In this document: positions 1-14,681 of the stretch, piece after piece | Layout of the letters: every line of letters begins with the position of its first letter | How positions within the stretch are numbered: position 1 is the stretch's first letter | Assembly (NCBI RefSeq): GCF_009914755.1 | Contig: NC_060926.1 | Direction: 5' to 3' (one strand) | Source of the DNA: the human T2T-CHM13v2.0 reference genome, Homo sapiens | DNA length: 64,000 nt | Made by a program: the position numbers and the translations under genes | Notes under the pieces: model-generated | Database searches by the model: none | Seen by the model: the letters and a program-made list of their open reading frames with translations, nothing else | Told to the model about the DNA's origin: nothing

Positions 1-589
1 AAAAAAAGAAAATCACTTCCACTTTTCTTGACTTGTTGGTGAATTACAGCAGAATTGATGGTTGAATCCAGTTATAAAGAATTCGAGCTGAATCTACACC
101 ATCTAGGGCCAGTGCAGCTCTGGAGAACTGGGACTGGGATGTGGTTACAGCAAGAAAAGATCTATGCTTTCCCCATTGCTCTCGCATTCTGTTTTTGATC
201 CAAATTCAAATTTACCTGTTACTGGGCAAGCCCAAGGCCTCCCTCCAAGATTATTTATTTCAACTTTTTATCATCAAAGTTTTCGAACATATACCAAGGA
301 GAGGCTATGGCATAATGTGTACCCATATAGCCATTCTTAAGTTAAATAATTTTCAATATCTTGCTGTACTGCTTCGTCTTTCTCCATTTTTTCTTCCATT
401 TTAAAGAAAAATTTTGACTTTTTGTTTTAAAGAAAATCTTGGCATGTTGTCTCATCACGAAATACTTCACTAAATATAAAAAATAAGGAAAATTTGTTTC
501 ATAGACACAATACCTAAGACAATCAATAATTCTTTAATATTATCTCATTTTCAATCCATCATTAAATTTATCCTGATTGTCTCAAAAAA

Positions 590-1032
590 GTCTTTTATAT
601 GTAGATCAATGGAATAGAATTTAAAGTCCAGAAATAATCCTGTACATCCTTTGCCTTGATTTTCATCATGGTGCCAAGAGCATTGAAATGGCAAAGAATA
701 GTGTCTTCAGCAGAGGGTTCTGGGACAACTGCATATCCAAGTCCAAGAGAATGAAGTTGCACCCTTACCTTGTATCATATATAAAAATTAACTTGAAATG
801 GATCAAAGACCTAAATAGAAAATCTAAAACTGTAAAACTCTTAGAAGAAAAAATTAGAAAAATATTTGTGACCTTGGATTTGGAAATGGTTTCTGAGATT
901 TTTTTTTTTCTTGTACCAAAAGTACAAGAAACTAAAACAAGAAAAACAAGAGATAAATCTGACTTTATCAAAATGTTTTTATACAAAAGCTTTTGTATAT
1001 CAAAGGATACTATCAAGAGAATGAAAAGACAA
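590..1032 (+). mobile_element. Old L1 (L1M) ORF2 3' fragment
   Basis: Translation WDNCISKSKRMKLHPYL...KINLKWIKDLN...TVKLLEE resembles L1 ORF2. Confidence 0.8.
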
Positions 1033-2039
1033 CTCGTGTGGGCGCCCTTATTAAGGTGTGCAGATAAACACACGCATGCTTGACATGGAGGCTCTCCCAT
1101 GAAACATCCTATTTTTTCCTTTCCTATGAAACTTTCTGAACAGGTGAGCCCAGGTGGAGCCTCCACCTGCGTTAGAACCTAACCTTTCCGTGGCTTTCTG
1201 AAATCCCTGGTTTCAGAAGTTAGTGTGGATTACTGCTGCTTTCTTTGACTGTCTCTCTCTCTCCTTCAATCTATCTTGATAATGTGATATCAAACATGAT
1301 ACACTACCTCTTTGGCCCACTCAGGATATTCTGGTGGTGCCCTCTGGCCTGCACCCTCCCACCGGCTATGAAGGTCAACCTCTTGCCTTCCCTAGCCTCA
1401 CTGGCTTTATTTTATGCAACACTCCAACTCTCCTCTTTCCACCTCCCCTGTTACTTTTCCCTACCTATTTTATTCCTCTTTTCTATCTCCTTCCCCACCT
1501 ATGTCTTTCCTTTCTGTCACTTTTTCTGCATGATTCCTGCCCCAGAGGGGTCAACAAGAAAGGGCATCCCACTGGCTGACTCATGCAGGGAAGCTGTCAG
1601 TAATTAATTAGCAAGGCAGGGAAGTTGTACCCCAAGTCTTGGTTTCAACACTAGAGGACTTTAGGAGGTGGTTCAATGTAGTGTTTGAGCACGCGGACCC
1701 TGGAGTCCTCCAAGCCTGATTTCATAAGTACTTCAGCTGTGACACTTGCGTAAACTTGGGTAAAAACTCAGCGTTATCTAGATTAAATATGATAATACAT
1801 GCAGATGACTGGCATGTGGATATGAATCAGCAATACCCGTAATTGGGTGGGTGATATGCATTTTCCAGCACAATTATCTCCAACCTCCACAAGATTAATG
1901 ATCTTAACCATGCATTCAGACTCTCTTCAGAACAACATGGTGAGATATCAATGTTGTCTTCTTGATGCAAGTTTCCCTTGAATGATTTAAACTTCAGATG
2001 GGTGGACTGTCTCCTTAGGGAGAATTTGCAAATTAAATA

Positions 2040-2225
2040 TAATAAAAGCTAACATATATTGGAGGCTTACCGTGTACCAGGTGCTACCCTAAGTATTTAC
2101 ATGGAAGCTGGCATTATTGGCAGACCTATTTTTCAGATGATGAAACTGAGGCACAGAGGGGTTGAGTGACTTGCCCAAGGTTATGCCTCAAGTAAGTGGG
2201 GGAGCCAGAATTCAAGACCATACAT
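2040..2225 (-). mobile_element. MIR
   Basis: CAGATGATGAAACTGAGGCACAGAG...GTGACTTGCCCAAGG core. Confidence 0.75.
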
Positions 2226-2269
2226 TCTTTGTAAAAAAAAAAAAAAAAAAAAAAAAGGAAAGAAAAAAA

Positions 2270-2592
2270 GGCTGAGTGTGGTGGCTCACACATGTAATCA
2301 CAGCACTTTAGGAGGCCAAGGCAGGAAGATCACTTAAGCCCAGGAGTTTGAGACCAGCCTGGACAACATAGGGAGACACTGTCTCTACAAAAAATGTTTT
2401 AAAAATTAGCTGGGCCTGGTGGCATATGCCTGTGGTCCCAGCTACTCAGGAGGCTGAGGTGGGAGGATCTCCTGTAAACCCAGGAGGTTAAGGCTGCAGT
2501 AAGCCATGACTATTCCACTCCACTCCAGCCTGGGTGATAGACTAAGACCTTGTCTCAAAATAAATAAATCAATAAATACATGAATAAATAAA
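2270..2592 (+). mobile_element. Alu (AluJ-like)
   Basis: GGCTGAGTGTGGTGGCTCAC...dimeric body, (AAAT)n tail. Confidence 0.9.
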
Positions 2593-2599
2593 ATTTAAA

Positions 2600-3030
2600 A
2601 ATTGATATGTAATTCATGTATCGTAAAATTCAGTGGTTTTCTGTGTGCTCCCAGATACAATCAACCATCACCAATATCTAATTCCAGATCATTTTCCTCA
2701 CTCCAAAAAGAAACCCCATGCCCACTGGCAGTCACTCCTTATTTCTCCCCCTTCTTCTACCCCTCAGCACTAATTTACTTTCTGTCTGTATGGATTTGCC
2801 TATTCTGGGCATTTCATGGAAATGGAAGCCTTTATGACCGGCTTCTTTCACTTAGTTTTGTGGCTTATCCATGTTGTAGCATGAATCAGTATTTCATTCC
2901 TTTACATGGCCGAATATTCCATTGTATGGATTTACCGCATTTTTTTTATCCATTCATCAGTTGGTGGACATTTGGGTTGTTTCCCATTTTCAGCCATGAA
3001 AAATAATGTTGTTGTGAACATTTGTATACG
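2600..3030 (-). mobile_element. Old L1M 3' end
   Basis: ATTCCATTGTATGG...ATCCATTCATCAGTTGGTGGACATTTGGGTTGTTTCC. Confidence 0.75.
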
Positions 3031-3203
3031 ATAAACCCTGATGTTCTAATTTTCGAGCCCATGTGCCTAACCTCTATACCTGACTGCCTCCCTGTGTTGA
3101 CAGGAAACTTCTTGGGAAATGTCCTATCTCCATCCTTTTGGGAATGTCACATGCAGTGAAATGCGCCTAGAGTGGGTTTGACTTACATCACATGGTCTCT
3201 AAT

Positions 3204-3305
3204 CCCTCAGCAAACATGAGTTCATCTTGTTTTGGTTGGTGTTACAGAATAACACCCTCAGCAAACATGAGTTCGTCTTGTTTTTGTTGGTGTTACAGAA
3301 TAACA
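3204..3305 (+). repeat. 51-bp tandem duplication (2 copies)
   Basis: CCCTCAGCAAACATGAGTTC(A/G)TCTTGTTTT(G/T)GTTGGTGTTACAGAATAACA x2, two mismatches. Confidence 0.95.
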
Positions 3306-3909
3306 TGCAGCTGGCTCTTTTTTAAAAAATTTAATATTAAACGTCCTTCATTGAACAAATATCTGTTGAGAGTCTTTGAGTGACTGGGATATGGCCATAA
3401 TCAAATGAACATGGCTTTGCCATTCTAATGGAGAGGAAGGCATTGATTAGCTACAAACTGTGAAACATACTTTGAAAGAAAAGGATGTAAAGAGAGCTGA
3501 TCATAGGGGGCCTTGCAGGATAAGGAGTGGCAATCTTGGGAGAAGTTGGGGGGATGGTGTGCCAAGCAGGGAAGATGGCAGGTGCAGCATGAAGCCAAAT
3601 GTTTGGAATCATAGCATGTTCTTTCCCTTCATCCCTATGTCCCAGGGTCTCTTTACTTCATAAACATGGCCAAGTGGAAATCCTACTTTATGTCTCTTCT
3701 GTATAATCCCTTTGTCATGGCTTAACTTAGTGGCCTGTGCCCCTCCCCACTGCTCCTGGAACCACAACCCACATTGTTACAAGCCCCTGAAGGAAGTTAT
3801 AAACACCTTATCTTCTACTAGGACAGGTGCCCCTGGAACTGTCTGGCTGGGCAAGCCATACTTACCTGCACTTCCCTATTCCATCTGTGAGTGATTCAGA
3901 CTTGACTAT

Positions 3910-4654
3910 TGTTATCATACTAAACTAAACTGGGGTTCACTCACCCAGCACAGTAAGACCAAACATCTACACTGAGATTTGCAATGGGAGAAAGGAAGGC
4001 ATTTATGTGCAGGGCACAAAGCAAGGAGTGTTAGGAGGCTTATACTTGAGACCCAATCTCTCTAATGGCTTGCAAGTAAAGGTTTTTAAGAGCAAGGATA
4101 CATTTTAGGAAAACAGAAGTTACAAGAAGAAATCGCAAATCAATACGCAGAGGTTACACATTGGTTTGGTCATGAGAAGTGAGGGCTTGCAGGTCATAGG
4201 TGAATTCAGAGATTTTCTGATTTGCAATTAGCTAAGGAAGAGAAGCTTGGTTTAAAATTCGGGGTTAGCAGAAAAGAATGTTTGCTCTTGCTCATGAGTG
4301 TGACTTCCTCCAAGAACAAAGAATGGCTGTCAGAGTTCAGTCGTTATTTCCCCTTATCTGAGGTCTGCCTGCCAAAGAATCCATTTGGTGGGAGTCCAGG
4401 TTTCTGAAAAACAACTCGGGGACATATGTTATGATGTGATCTGTAGTTTCTATAGGAAACCAAACATCTCTGGACTCTAACTTTCTTGGATATTGTTTTA
4501 GGCTACTATTACCTTCTTGCTTATCAAGTGCCTTATTTATTTCTCAGGGCCAGGTAGGTGCCTGGAATTTCCTTCGAAAGAACCCAAGATTTTCCTTTAT
4601 TTCCATGCTTGGAGGAACCCACAGGCCCCTAAAAGGGATTCTCACTTCATCTCA
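3910..4654 (-). mobile_element. Solo LTR, ERV1-like (family not determined)
   Basis: TG...CA termini, 4-bp flanks CTAT/CCAT, 5' end resembles recalled MER4-group LTRs. Confidence 0.6.
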
Positions 4655-5405
4655 CCATTTTGGACCTTCCTCAAGATCTGGGCCCAGAGCATTCTGACTT
4701 CTGCAGCCCCACCTCACAGCCTATCAAATAGATTAAATTGCTCCTGCATCTTATGTCACATATGTCTTTGTAACTTGGTGAGCTAATCTGTAGTGGATTC
4801 ATTGACATGTAGTTATGTTTTTATAGCCATTTCATAAAATATTCATAAATTCAATGTTTGCCATTTTAGTATTCTAGATTCAGCAAATTTCTTATTTTAA
4901 GTCTCAAACATTTTGCAGGTCCTTTGAAATCTTGCAGGTGGGTCCTGGCTCCATTACTTATGGGTCGTAGGTCATACAAGGGTCTGAAAGAGTTAGCACC
5001 TTAGAAGCAAACCTCTCCATAGGGTCCACGTTTCCAGACCTTCCTATTCCCAACATGAAATTACCTTCATGCACATCTTTGGGTCTCTCCTCTATTCAAA
5101 ATGCCAGCTATCCTCCATTTACTTTTTGGGAAATCTGCTCTTGCCAACAGAGATTTGTTTTATCTTAGGATCTACTTCTTTCACCCCACTGGAATATGTC
5201 CCAAGCCTGAGTCATTCAGCCTGCAGCAATCCCTGAGAAAAAAAAAAAATCGGCCTTTGCCTGGACACTCAAGTGATACCTGAGGACACCTTGACTCCTA
5301 CAGCACCAACCAGGGCAGGCCTGGGTCTCCAGCGGAGCTACTCTTTAGGGATCGTCATTATGACGAACAGACATGCCAGATTCCTCTGGCTAGTGTCCAG
5401 TGCAG

Positions 5406-5418
5406 ACATACACACACA

Positions 5419-5449
<31 letters not shown>
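5406..5449. repeat. (CA)n microsatellite with TA interruptions
   Basis: Read directly. Confidence 0.97.
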
Positions 5450-6148
5450 CATTCTTAGTACAGTCAAAGCTCACAGGAGAAAGAAAAATGTTTTCTAATA
5501 CCTTCTTAATTTGCAAGAAGGTGTTAGGAATTCAAGGGATGGTATGCATAGTGATGTTAGTTTCATTTCTTCAGCTCCTTCCTCCAACTCATGTTCTGTA
5601 GGGACTTCTGGGACTAAGAACAGGACCCACATATGAGCAACAGGATTTTCAGAGCAAGGCTGTGGTTGGAAGGGCTCAGACCAACGTCCACAGCAGAGTG
5701 GAGGTCTAGTATAAAGAATGTGAAGTTTGTAGCATCTCTTGATCCCGCTATTCCTACATGCTTGCTTAAGCCATTCTTCCTCTAGATGAACTGTTCTTTG
5801 AAGGAAACCTGCCTAATGTCTGCCTGCTCAAGAAGGTGGACCTGAGCTCTGTTCCCTTTGCAACCTTCCTGGAGTCTTATTGCTATCTAGATGAACTCAA
5901 AGCAAGATGCTGCCGCCCCCATGACTTTGATCATTGTAAGCTGCCAATCCTCTTGGGAGGCTGCTCCCAGCTTGGACTGAGCTGAGTCTTCGCATGCCTT
6001 GAACAATGAATTTGCATCCTGGTTATGTTCCCCATGGGGGCCAGCCCTGTCCTTGGAGTGGCCCCTCTAATCATGTTGCTCAGGCTTCTTCTCCCTTCCT
6101 GGGCCCCAGAACACCTCCGGTGCCAAACTTGTGGGTGGGAACAGGAAC

Positions 6149-6155
6149 TCGCGTG
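6149..6155 (+). promoter_or_regulatory. Xenobiotic response element (AhR/ARNT) of UGT1A6
   Basis: TCGCGTG fits TnGCGTG, ~1.5 kb upstream of the UGT1A6 ATG, where an XRE is described for human UGT1A6. Confidence 0.75.
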
Positions 6156-6350
6156 CCAGCCAGGTGTGCATGACTAGCTCTGGGCAAGTCTGTTCTAGTA
6201 ATTCAAGGTACCACCTCTCACTGGGACAGCCTAGTTTCTACACAGGTCTTGCTCTGGGACCGCCCTCAGCAGTGTGGTTAGCAGGCAGGGCCAGTGTGAC
6301 CCTCCCTTTCTGGGCCTCAGTTGAGAAACCTGAAGCTCAGGAGAGGAGTC

Positions 6351-6469
6351 ACTCCCCTGGCAGATGGGTGGCTGGGCCAGAAGCAGATACCAGGCTTTCT
6401 GACTCCTGCTCTAGGATTCTCACCACGTACTGGCTAGACTTATACTTCTCAAATCTTAATTTCCTAAAG
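6351..6469 (+). other. UGT1A6: Putative upstream non-coding alternative first exon of UGT1A6 (5' end approximate)
   Basis: AAG|GCAAGT GC-type donor at 6470; candidate acceptors ctttccAG|G immediately before ATG 7654 and atcctAG|G at 8447; adjacent XRE. The start is recalled from transcript annotation and is not visible in the sequence. Confidence 0.55.
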
Positions 6470-6497
6470 GCAAGTAACAGTTTGAATGTTGTTATAT

Positions 6498-7262
6498 TGT
6501 GATGTATAATAAGAAATATATGTTTGTCTTTGTTTCCTGGACACAGCTCCTGAAACCATAAGTGGTGGGAGCGATAAACGTGAACAAAGAATCTTTTGTT
6601 ATTCAAAACAGATCCCTTTCGATCACACCTAAGTTTATGTAAAGGAGATGTAAAGTCTCTAAGGATGAGGGCTAGTTGCCAGGGAACAAAACCCTTGCGA
6701 TTAGAGGGAAGAAAGGAGAGAGAGATTGAAGATTGATTTGATCACCGATGGGCAACAATCTAATCAATCATGCCTACTATGTATGGAAGCCTACATAAAA
6801 ACTCAGAAGGGCAGGGTTCAGAGAGCTTTCAGGTTGCTGAAGGTGTGGAGGGTGGGGCACCCAGAGATGGCAGATGGGGCTCCATGGCCATACCCCCATA
6901 TCTTGTTCTTTGTACTTTTTCCTCTGGCTATTCATCCGTATTGTTTGCAATATCCTTTGTAATAAACCAAACCTAGTAAATAAACTGTTTTCTTCAGTTC
7001 TGTGAGCCATTCTAGCAAATGATTGACTCCAAGAAAGAGGGTGTGTGAACCTCTGATTTTTGCCAAGTCAGACAGAAGTTGTGGGTAACCTGGGGACCTA
7101 CTACTTGCAATTGGTGTCTGAAGTGAGGGCAGTCTTGTAGGACTGAGCCCTTAACCTGTGGGGTCCGTGCTAACTCAGAATTCAGTTCAGAATGGAATTG
7201 AATTGTAGGATACCCAGCTGGTGTTAGAGAATAGGTCCGTGTGCAAGAAAAATTCCCGCACA
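6498..7262 (+). mobile_element. MER21-family LTR
   Basis: TGTGATGTATAATAAGAAATATAT start; AATAAAC...AGTTCTGTGAGCCATTCTAGCAAAT; GGACTGAGCCCTTAACCTGTGGG. Confidence 0.8.
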
Positions 7263-7483
7263 TCATGGACATAACAGACAACGTCAATGATGAGGAATCC
7301 AGCAAGTTCGGGATAGAGAATTGGCAGGGGGTCCTCAGGGGTCTCTCCAAGTCATCTTCAAAGTGTTGCTATAACTTTTCAGAGAGGGAGAAGCAGACTT
7401 GTGGAGCTGAAGAGAAACACCCAGAAGCTCAGGTGAAAGCTGACACGGCCATAGTTGGTTCATATTAACCATGTGATTAAAAT

Positions 7484-7497
7484 GGTTAAATATTAAT
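7484..7497 (+). promoter_or_regulatory. HNF1-like site in the UGT1A6 proximal promoter
   Basis: GGTTAAATATTAAT vs consensus GGTTAATNATTAAC, 170 bp upstream of ATG. Confidence 0.55.
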
Positions 7498-7614
7498 TTG
7501 GGTTCTTACATATCAAAGGGTAAAATTCAGAGCAAGGGAGAGGTAGACAGGACCTGTGAAAAGCAGTGGTTAGTTTAGGGAAAATACCTAGGAGCCCTGT
7601 GATTTGGAGAGTGA

Positions 7615-8586
<972 letters not shown>

Positions 8587-8898
8587 TGAGCCGACTGTCC
8601 CTTGGAGGATTTCCTGGAGAAACGGTGGGGGGAAGTGATACCCGGCTCGGAGCAGCGGGAACACATAGGAGACCTGAGGCTGAAGTGATACAGAGGCATT
8701 CGGATGAAGACAGGGCTCATGCTTGGCAAGAGTAGGAGATTTGCTTAGTTGGATAATCTGGGACAGTCACATACTCATTGAATGAGCCTTAGAAATGTCC
8801 CAGTTCAAACAGAGGTGAAGGCTTGACTAAGGGAACAGGTCCAGGTTAAAATCCATTTTCCCAACTCTGTCCCATGCTTTGTCTCTGGACCTTGAGCC

Positions 8899-9125
8899 AG
8901 GGACCAGCGAACTACAGCCTGTGAGCCCAATCTGCCCAAAGGCCTGTTTTTTGTTTTTTTTTTTCCTTTTATGTTGAGACCTGTTTTTATATGGCCCAGA
9001 GCTAAGAATGGTTTTTGTAGTTTTAAAACAATTTAACAATGAAGAATATGTGCCACAGAAGTATTTGGTCTGCAAAGCCTACACATTTACTGACTGGCCT
9101 TTTCAGCAAAAGGGGTATGGCCTCT
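8899..9125. mobile_element. MER58-like hAT-Charlie DNA transposon fossil
   Basis: AACTACAGCCTGTGAGCCCAATCTG...GAGCTAAGAATGGTTTTT...TTTACTGACTGGCCTTT. Confidence 0.6.
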
Positions 9126-9550
9126 GACCTAAGACAAGTGTTTACAGATGCCCTCCTGACATGTAGGAAAAGGGCCCAGAGTTACTTTGGAAAATAAAAA
9201 TCTGTGAGTTTTAAATTTCAATGTAAATATTTACAACTTTGAAGGGCTTCAGGCAACTCCCTCTATCTTTTATGCCTCAATTTTCTTTTCCAGTTCCTTT
9301 TTTATCAGAGAGAAAGCCTCAAACAGGTCCCAAAGACCCTTACCTCTCTTCTTTACACCTGCTGATTTCTCTGTTAACAATTTGAACAGTTGGCAGTAGC
9401 CACTGTGAAAAGGCAAGGGTGAGGGGATGGGGATAACTGAAATGGTTCCAGGGATTCTGGGGCATGAAATAAAAACATAGAATGTCAGGATTCTTTTAAT
9501 TGGGACATAATATAGTTGTACACATTTGGGGGGTTCATGTGATATTTTGA

Positions 9551-10106
<556 letters not shown>

Positions 10107-10449
10107 TTATTGGCCCTTTAGATGTTTTTCTCTTTTCTATCAAAGTTTTTGGAGTATTACAAATTTTATTTCTTTTTTCTTTTTCTTTTTTAAATTTTAA
10201 CCAACCATTTTCACCCCCCCTTCCCTACTTACCCTTTCCACCTTCTGGTAATTACCAATGAACTCTCTACCTCCATGAGACCCACTTTTTTAGCTCCACA
10301 TATAAATGAGAACATGTGGTATTTGTCTTTCTGTGCCTAGATTATTTCACCTAACATAATGACTTCCAGTTACATTTATGTTGCTGCACATGACAGGTCT
10401 TCATCCTTTTTTATGGCTGAATAATTTTCCATTCTGTATATGTACTATC

Positions 10450-10678
10450 TGTGAGTGGAAAACAAAACCAACAAAAAACTCAAAGGGTTTTTCCTGTTTT
10501 CTCACTCAACAACAAACAACGCAGAAAACTTCAGTGAACAAATGTGTGGGGTTTTTTTTCTCCACACACCAAGCAAGCAGGCAATTCTGCCAGATACCAG
10601 CTGGGTGTCCTCTAATTCAGTTCTGAAGATGTCCACCTGAAGATAGCATCAGGTCCCACAGACATGGGGCTCAGTCCC
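10450..10678 (-). mobile_element. MER21 LTR 3' portion (inverted relative to its 5' piece at 10936-10988)
   Basis: Reverse complement matches 7135-7262 (GGACTGAGCCC...GACACCCAGCTGGT). Confidence 0.75.
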
Positions 10679-13600
10679 TAATTTACATTTGAAGAATGTA
10701 AATTAGTACAGCCACTATGAAGAACAGTATGGAGAGTCTTCAAAACAAAACAAAACAAAAAGAACTAGAACTGCCCCAATATATCCCATTGCTGGGTATA
10801 TATCCAAAAGAAAAAAATATATATTGAAGAGCTATCTGCACTCCCATGTTTATTATAGCACTATTCACAGTAGCCAAAATATGGAATCAACCTAAGCACA
10901 CATCAGTGAATGAATGGATAAAGAAAACGTAGGACTGTAATATCGTGAAATATATATTTGGTCTTCATCCTCATTTCCTTATACAGATCTTTCACTTCCT
11001 TCCTTAAATTTATTCCTAGGTATTATATATTCTTTGTACGTTTTGTAAATGGGGTTGATTTCCTTTTCAGTTTTTTCTCTGTTGGCATTTATAAATGCTA
11101 CTGATTTTTGTAAGTTGATCTTGTATACTGCAACTTTACCGAATTTGCTTGTCAGTTCTAACAGCTTTTGGGTGGAATGTTTAAATTTTTCTGAATATAT
11201 TATGTCATCTGAGAACAAGAATAATTTGACTTCTTCCTTTCCAACTTGGATGCCCTTTCTTTCTTTCTTTCTCTTGCTTAATTGCTTTGGATAGGACTTC
11301 CAGTACTATGAAGAATAACAGTGCTGACAGTCAGCATCTTTGTCTTATTCCAGATTTTAGAGGAACAGTTTTCAGTTTTACCCTTTTCAGTATGATGTTA
11401 GCTGTGGATTTATCATATATGGATTTTATTGTTTTGAGGTATGTTCCTTCTGTAGCCAGTTTATTGAGAGTGTGTATCATAAAGGGACGTTGAATTTTGT
11501 TGAATGTTTTTTCAGCATCTACAACATATGAGTTCTGTCCTAAATTCTGTCAATGTATTCATATCAATATATCAATAAATGCATCAGGATTAATTATCTT
11601 TTTAACATATTATTGGATTTGGTTTGCTGGTGTTTCGTTGAGATTTTTGCATCTATGTTCGTCAGAGATATGGGCCCGCAGTTTTCTTTTTTTTTGTTGT
11701 GTCCTTGTCTGGTTTTGGTATCAGGGTAACACTGGTCTCACAGGATGAGTTTGGAAGTATTCTCTCCTCTTCATTTTTCTGTAATAGTTTGAGTGGAACT
11801 GGTATTAATTCTTTTAAAAATGGTTGGTAGAATTCAGCAGTGAATCCATCTGGTCCTGGGCTTTTCTTTGATGAGAGACTTTTTATTACTGCTTCAATCT
11901 TGTTACTTATATTGGTTTGTTGAGGTTTTCTATTTCTTCTTCATTCAATCTTGGTAGATTGTTTGTGTTTGGAAATGTATCCATTTCCTCTAGGTTTTCT
12001 AATTTGTTGGCATATAGAGTTCACAATAATCGCTAATGATCCTTTGTATTTCTGTGGTGTCAGTTGCTGTGTTTCCTTTTTCATTTCTGATTTTATCTGA
12101 GTGTTTTCTCTTTTTCTTAGTCTAGCTCAAGGTTTGCCAATTTTGTTTATCTTTTTTTTTTTTTAAAAAACTTTTTGTTTCATTGGTCTTTGCATTGTTT
12201 ATTTAGCCTCAATTTAATTTATTTTTTCCCTGATCTTTATTATTTCTTTCCTTCTACAAAGTTTGAGTTTGGTTTACTTTTGCTTTTTTAGTTCCTTGAG
12301 GTGCATTCTTAGGTTGTTTATTCAAAATATTTCTGCTTTTTGGATGTAGGCATTTATTGTTAAAAACTTCTCTCTTAGTTCTGGTTTTGCTATAGCCCAT
12401 AGATTTTGATACATTGTGTTTCCATTTTCATTCGTTTCAAGTAATTTTTAAATTTTCTTTTTAATTTCAAGAAAATCTAATTAAGAAGTTAGTAAGCAAA
12501 AGTTATGCATTTATTTAATGATTTCTTACCATTGATTGAATCAAATCTATTGACTCCTTCTCCTAGAAGTCTAGGGTATTGGAAAAAAGTAAATGAAAGC
12601 TATTTATTCTTATTACAAAGAAATATTTGGTGTAAGAAGGAAAAAATATCATTTCTGCACATTGGTACCAATTATCTTATTTTTTCAAAAAGTTGTACTC
12701 AGTTATATTGAGAAACTGGGCTCTAATGAATGTACTTTTTGAGCCCTGTGACCCTGTATCTGGTGCTTGACCTTGTTTGTGTCTCAACTGTATTCCCAGC
12801 ATGTCGTCCTAGAGAACATTCTGTATTATGATATGTAATTATCAACATGCACTTTTAATTATTAGGAATTAAATTAAAGTGATCAAAATAGAATTTCTTT
12901 TGTCCAATAATCAAACCATTTCAACACTATGAAAAAAAATGTGTCTTTGGACAGATGGAAATGTCTGGAACCAGATAGAGGTGTCAGTTGCAAAACATGA
13001 ATGTGCTGAATGCCATGAAATTGTTCACTTTAGCGTGGTGAATTTTATGTGACTTCATCGCAATAAATTATTTAAGAAAAGAAGATATATCACAGATCAT
13101 AGAAAATGAAGCCCTGATTTATAGCTTAAAAATGCAGTCCTCATTAGGCAAATCACATAATCGGCAATACATAAAGTAAACAGAACACGAGTGGCCAACA
13201 AAACTTTAAGAACATGTTTAATTTCAGAAATAATCCAAGAAATTCGGATTAATAAACAGTGGAATTCAATTTTGCCTAACAGGTTAGTAAGCATGCTTTA
13301 TAGGTAACTATTGGCCCAACTATAAAACAAATACATTTCTAAAAAAAATGTGCAAAGCCTTTTGAAAACCATAGCTTGGTGACCATTTTTTACATAATGC
13401 TATGATTCAGAAAGAAAGAGTATCCTTTCTCATGGTAACCTCTGGGCTCCCAGCCTCGCCTTGTGGAAGAGTAAGGCAGGATCACTTCCCTCTTATTCCC
13501 ATGTTGGTGTGACTTTGCGACTTTGACCAAAGCCTTACCTGCCTCCTCTGCCCAAGGAGGGACGTGGCCGTCTCAGAGGGCTGCTTGGTTTCTGTCCAAG

Positions 13601-14461
13601 CTGGCCCTTGGGGAAGCCCTTTGGCCACCCAGGTGGTGATTCCTGCTGTAAGAACATGAGAGGCTGAGCCACCAGGCAGTCCCAGATGTCCTGAAACAAC
13701 TTATCCCAGCCCTGCCCAGGGCCTTCTCTCTAGCCCTGTGCACCTCATCACCTGCCCCAAAACAGTTCTACTTATGTCAGATTCTCATGGGTGCCTTGCA
13801 ACCTTTCTGTCTGTCTCTCTGATCCTCACTTCTTCTTCAGAATCTCATGCTGTTGCATGAAAAAAAAACAAAAACGAACTTTTGTTTTTAGGCCCCTTTC
13901 CTCTTCCTATAGGGGCTTGAATCCAGGCCAGATGCTGGGACACTCTTATGCTGTCCTTTTTGCTATTTTGTTGAGTTTCATCCACCCTAGGGCTAACCTC
14001 TTTTCTTATTGGTATGGCTAGATTTCAAATATCTCAATTTTAGAAGAGAATTTAGCTTTGCATTTCATTATTAGAAGGGTCATTGGAGTGTTTTCCTTAG
14101 AACAAAGGAGGTCAGAAGTAAATCCTAGTCTCTTCTACTTGTAATACAAAGAACTGTTCAAGCCTTCCGAAGGACAGGGCCATTCACATCATAGAGCCAG
14201 GTCATGGCCAGAGCTCTGGCTCTAGGACATCCTTTCTTCCCAGCCTGGTCTATAGAAAGGAATAGAATGCAAGCTCAGGCCTAGAGCCTAGCTAGGCCTG
14301 AATACAGGCTGAAACTTTCTCGCTGAGAGGTGATAAAAACAATGAATGTGGTTTTCTTGCAGCATTTTTTACGGAGCGTTTTCCCAGAAAACTAGACCCC
14401 AGTTCCTCAGGACTAGTTCTGTTCCCAAGTTTCCTCCTCTCATATTCTGGAGTCATCTAAA

Positions 14462-14681
14462 TAGTAGTTCTCAAATAGAACTAATTTTTCCCCTAGGACA
14501 GATATGTCTGAAGACATTTTTGGTGTTGCAATTGGAGAGGCGAAATAGTCAGTAGGATATACGTAGAGGCCAAGGATGCTGTTGAAAGTTGTACAATGTG
14601 TGAAAAATACCCGTCCCCCAACTCCCAACAAAGAATTACTCTGGCTCAAAATGTCACGAGTGCTGAAATTGAGAAACTCTG
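14462..14681. mobile_element. MER20-like DNA transposon fossil
   Basis: GTAGTTCTCAA...GTAGAGGCCAAGGATGCTG...AACAAAGAATTA...TTGAGAAACTCTG. Confidence 0.7.
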
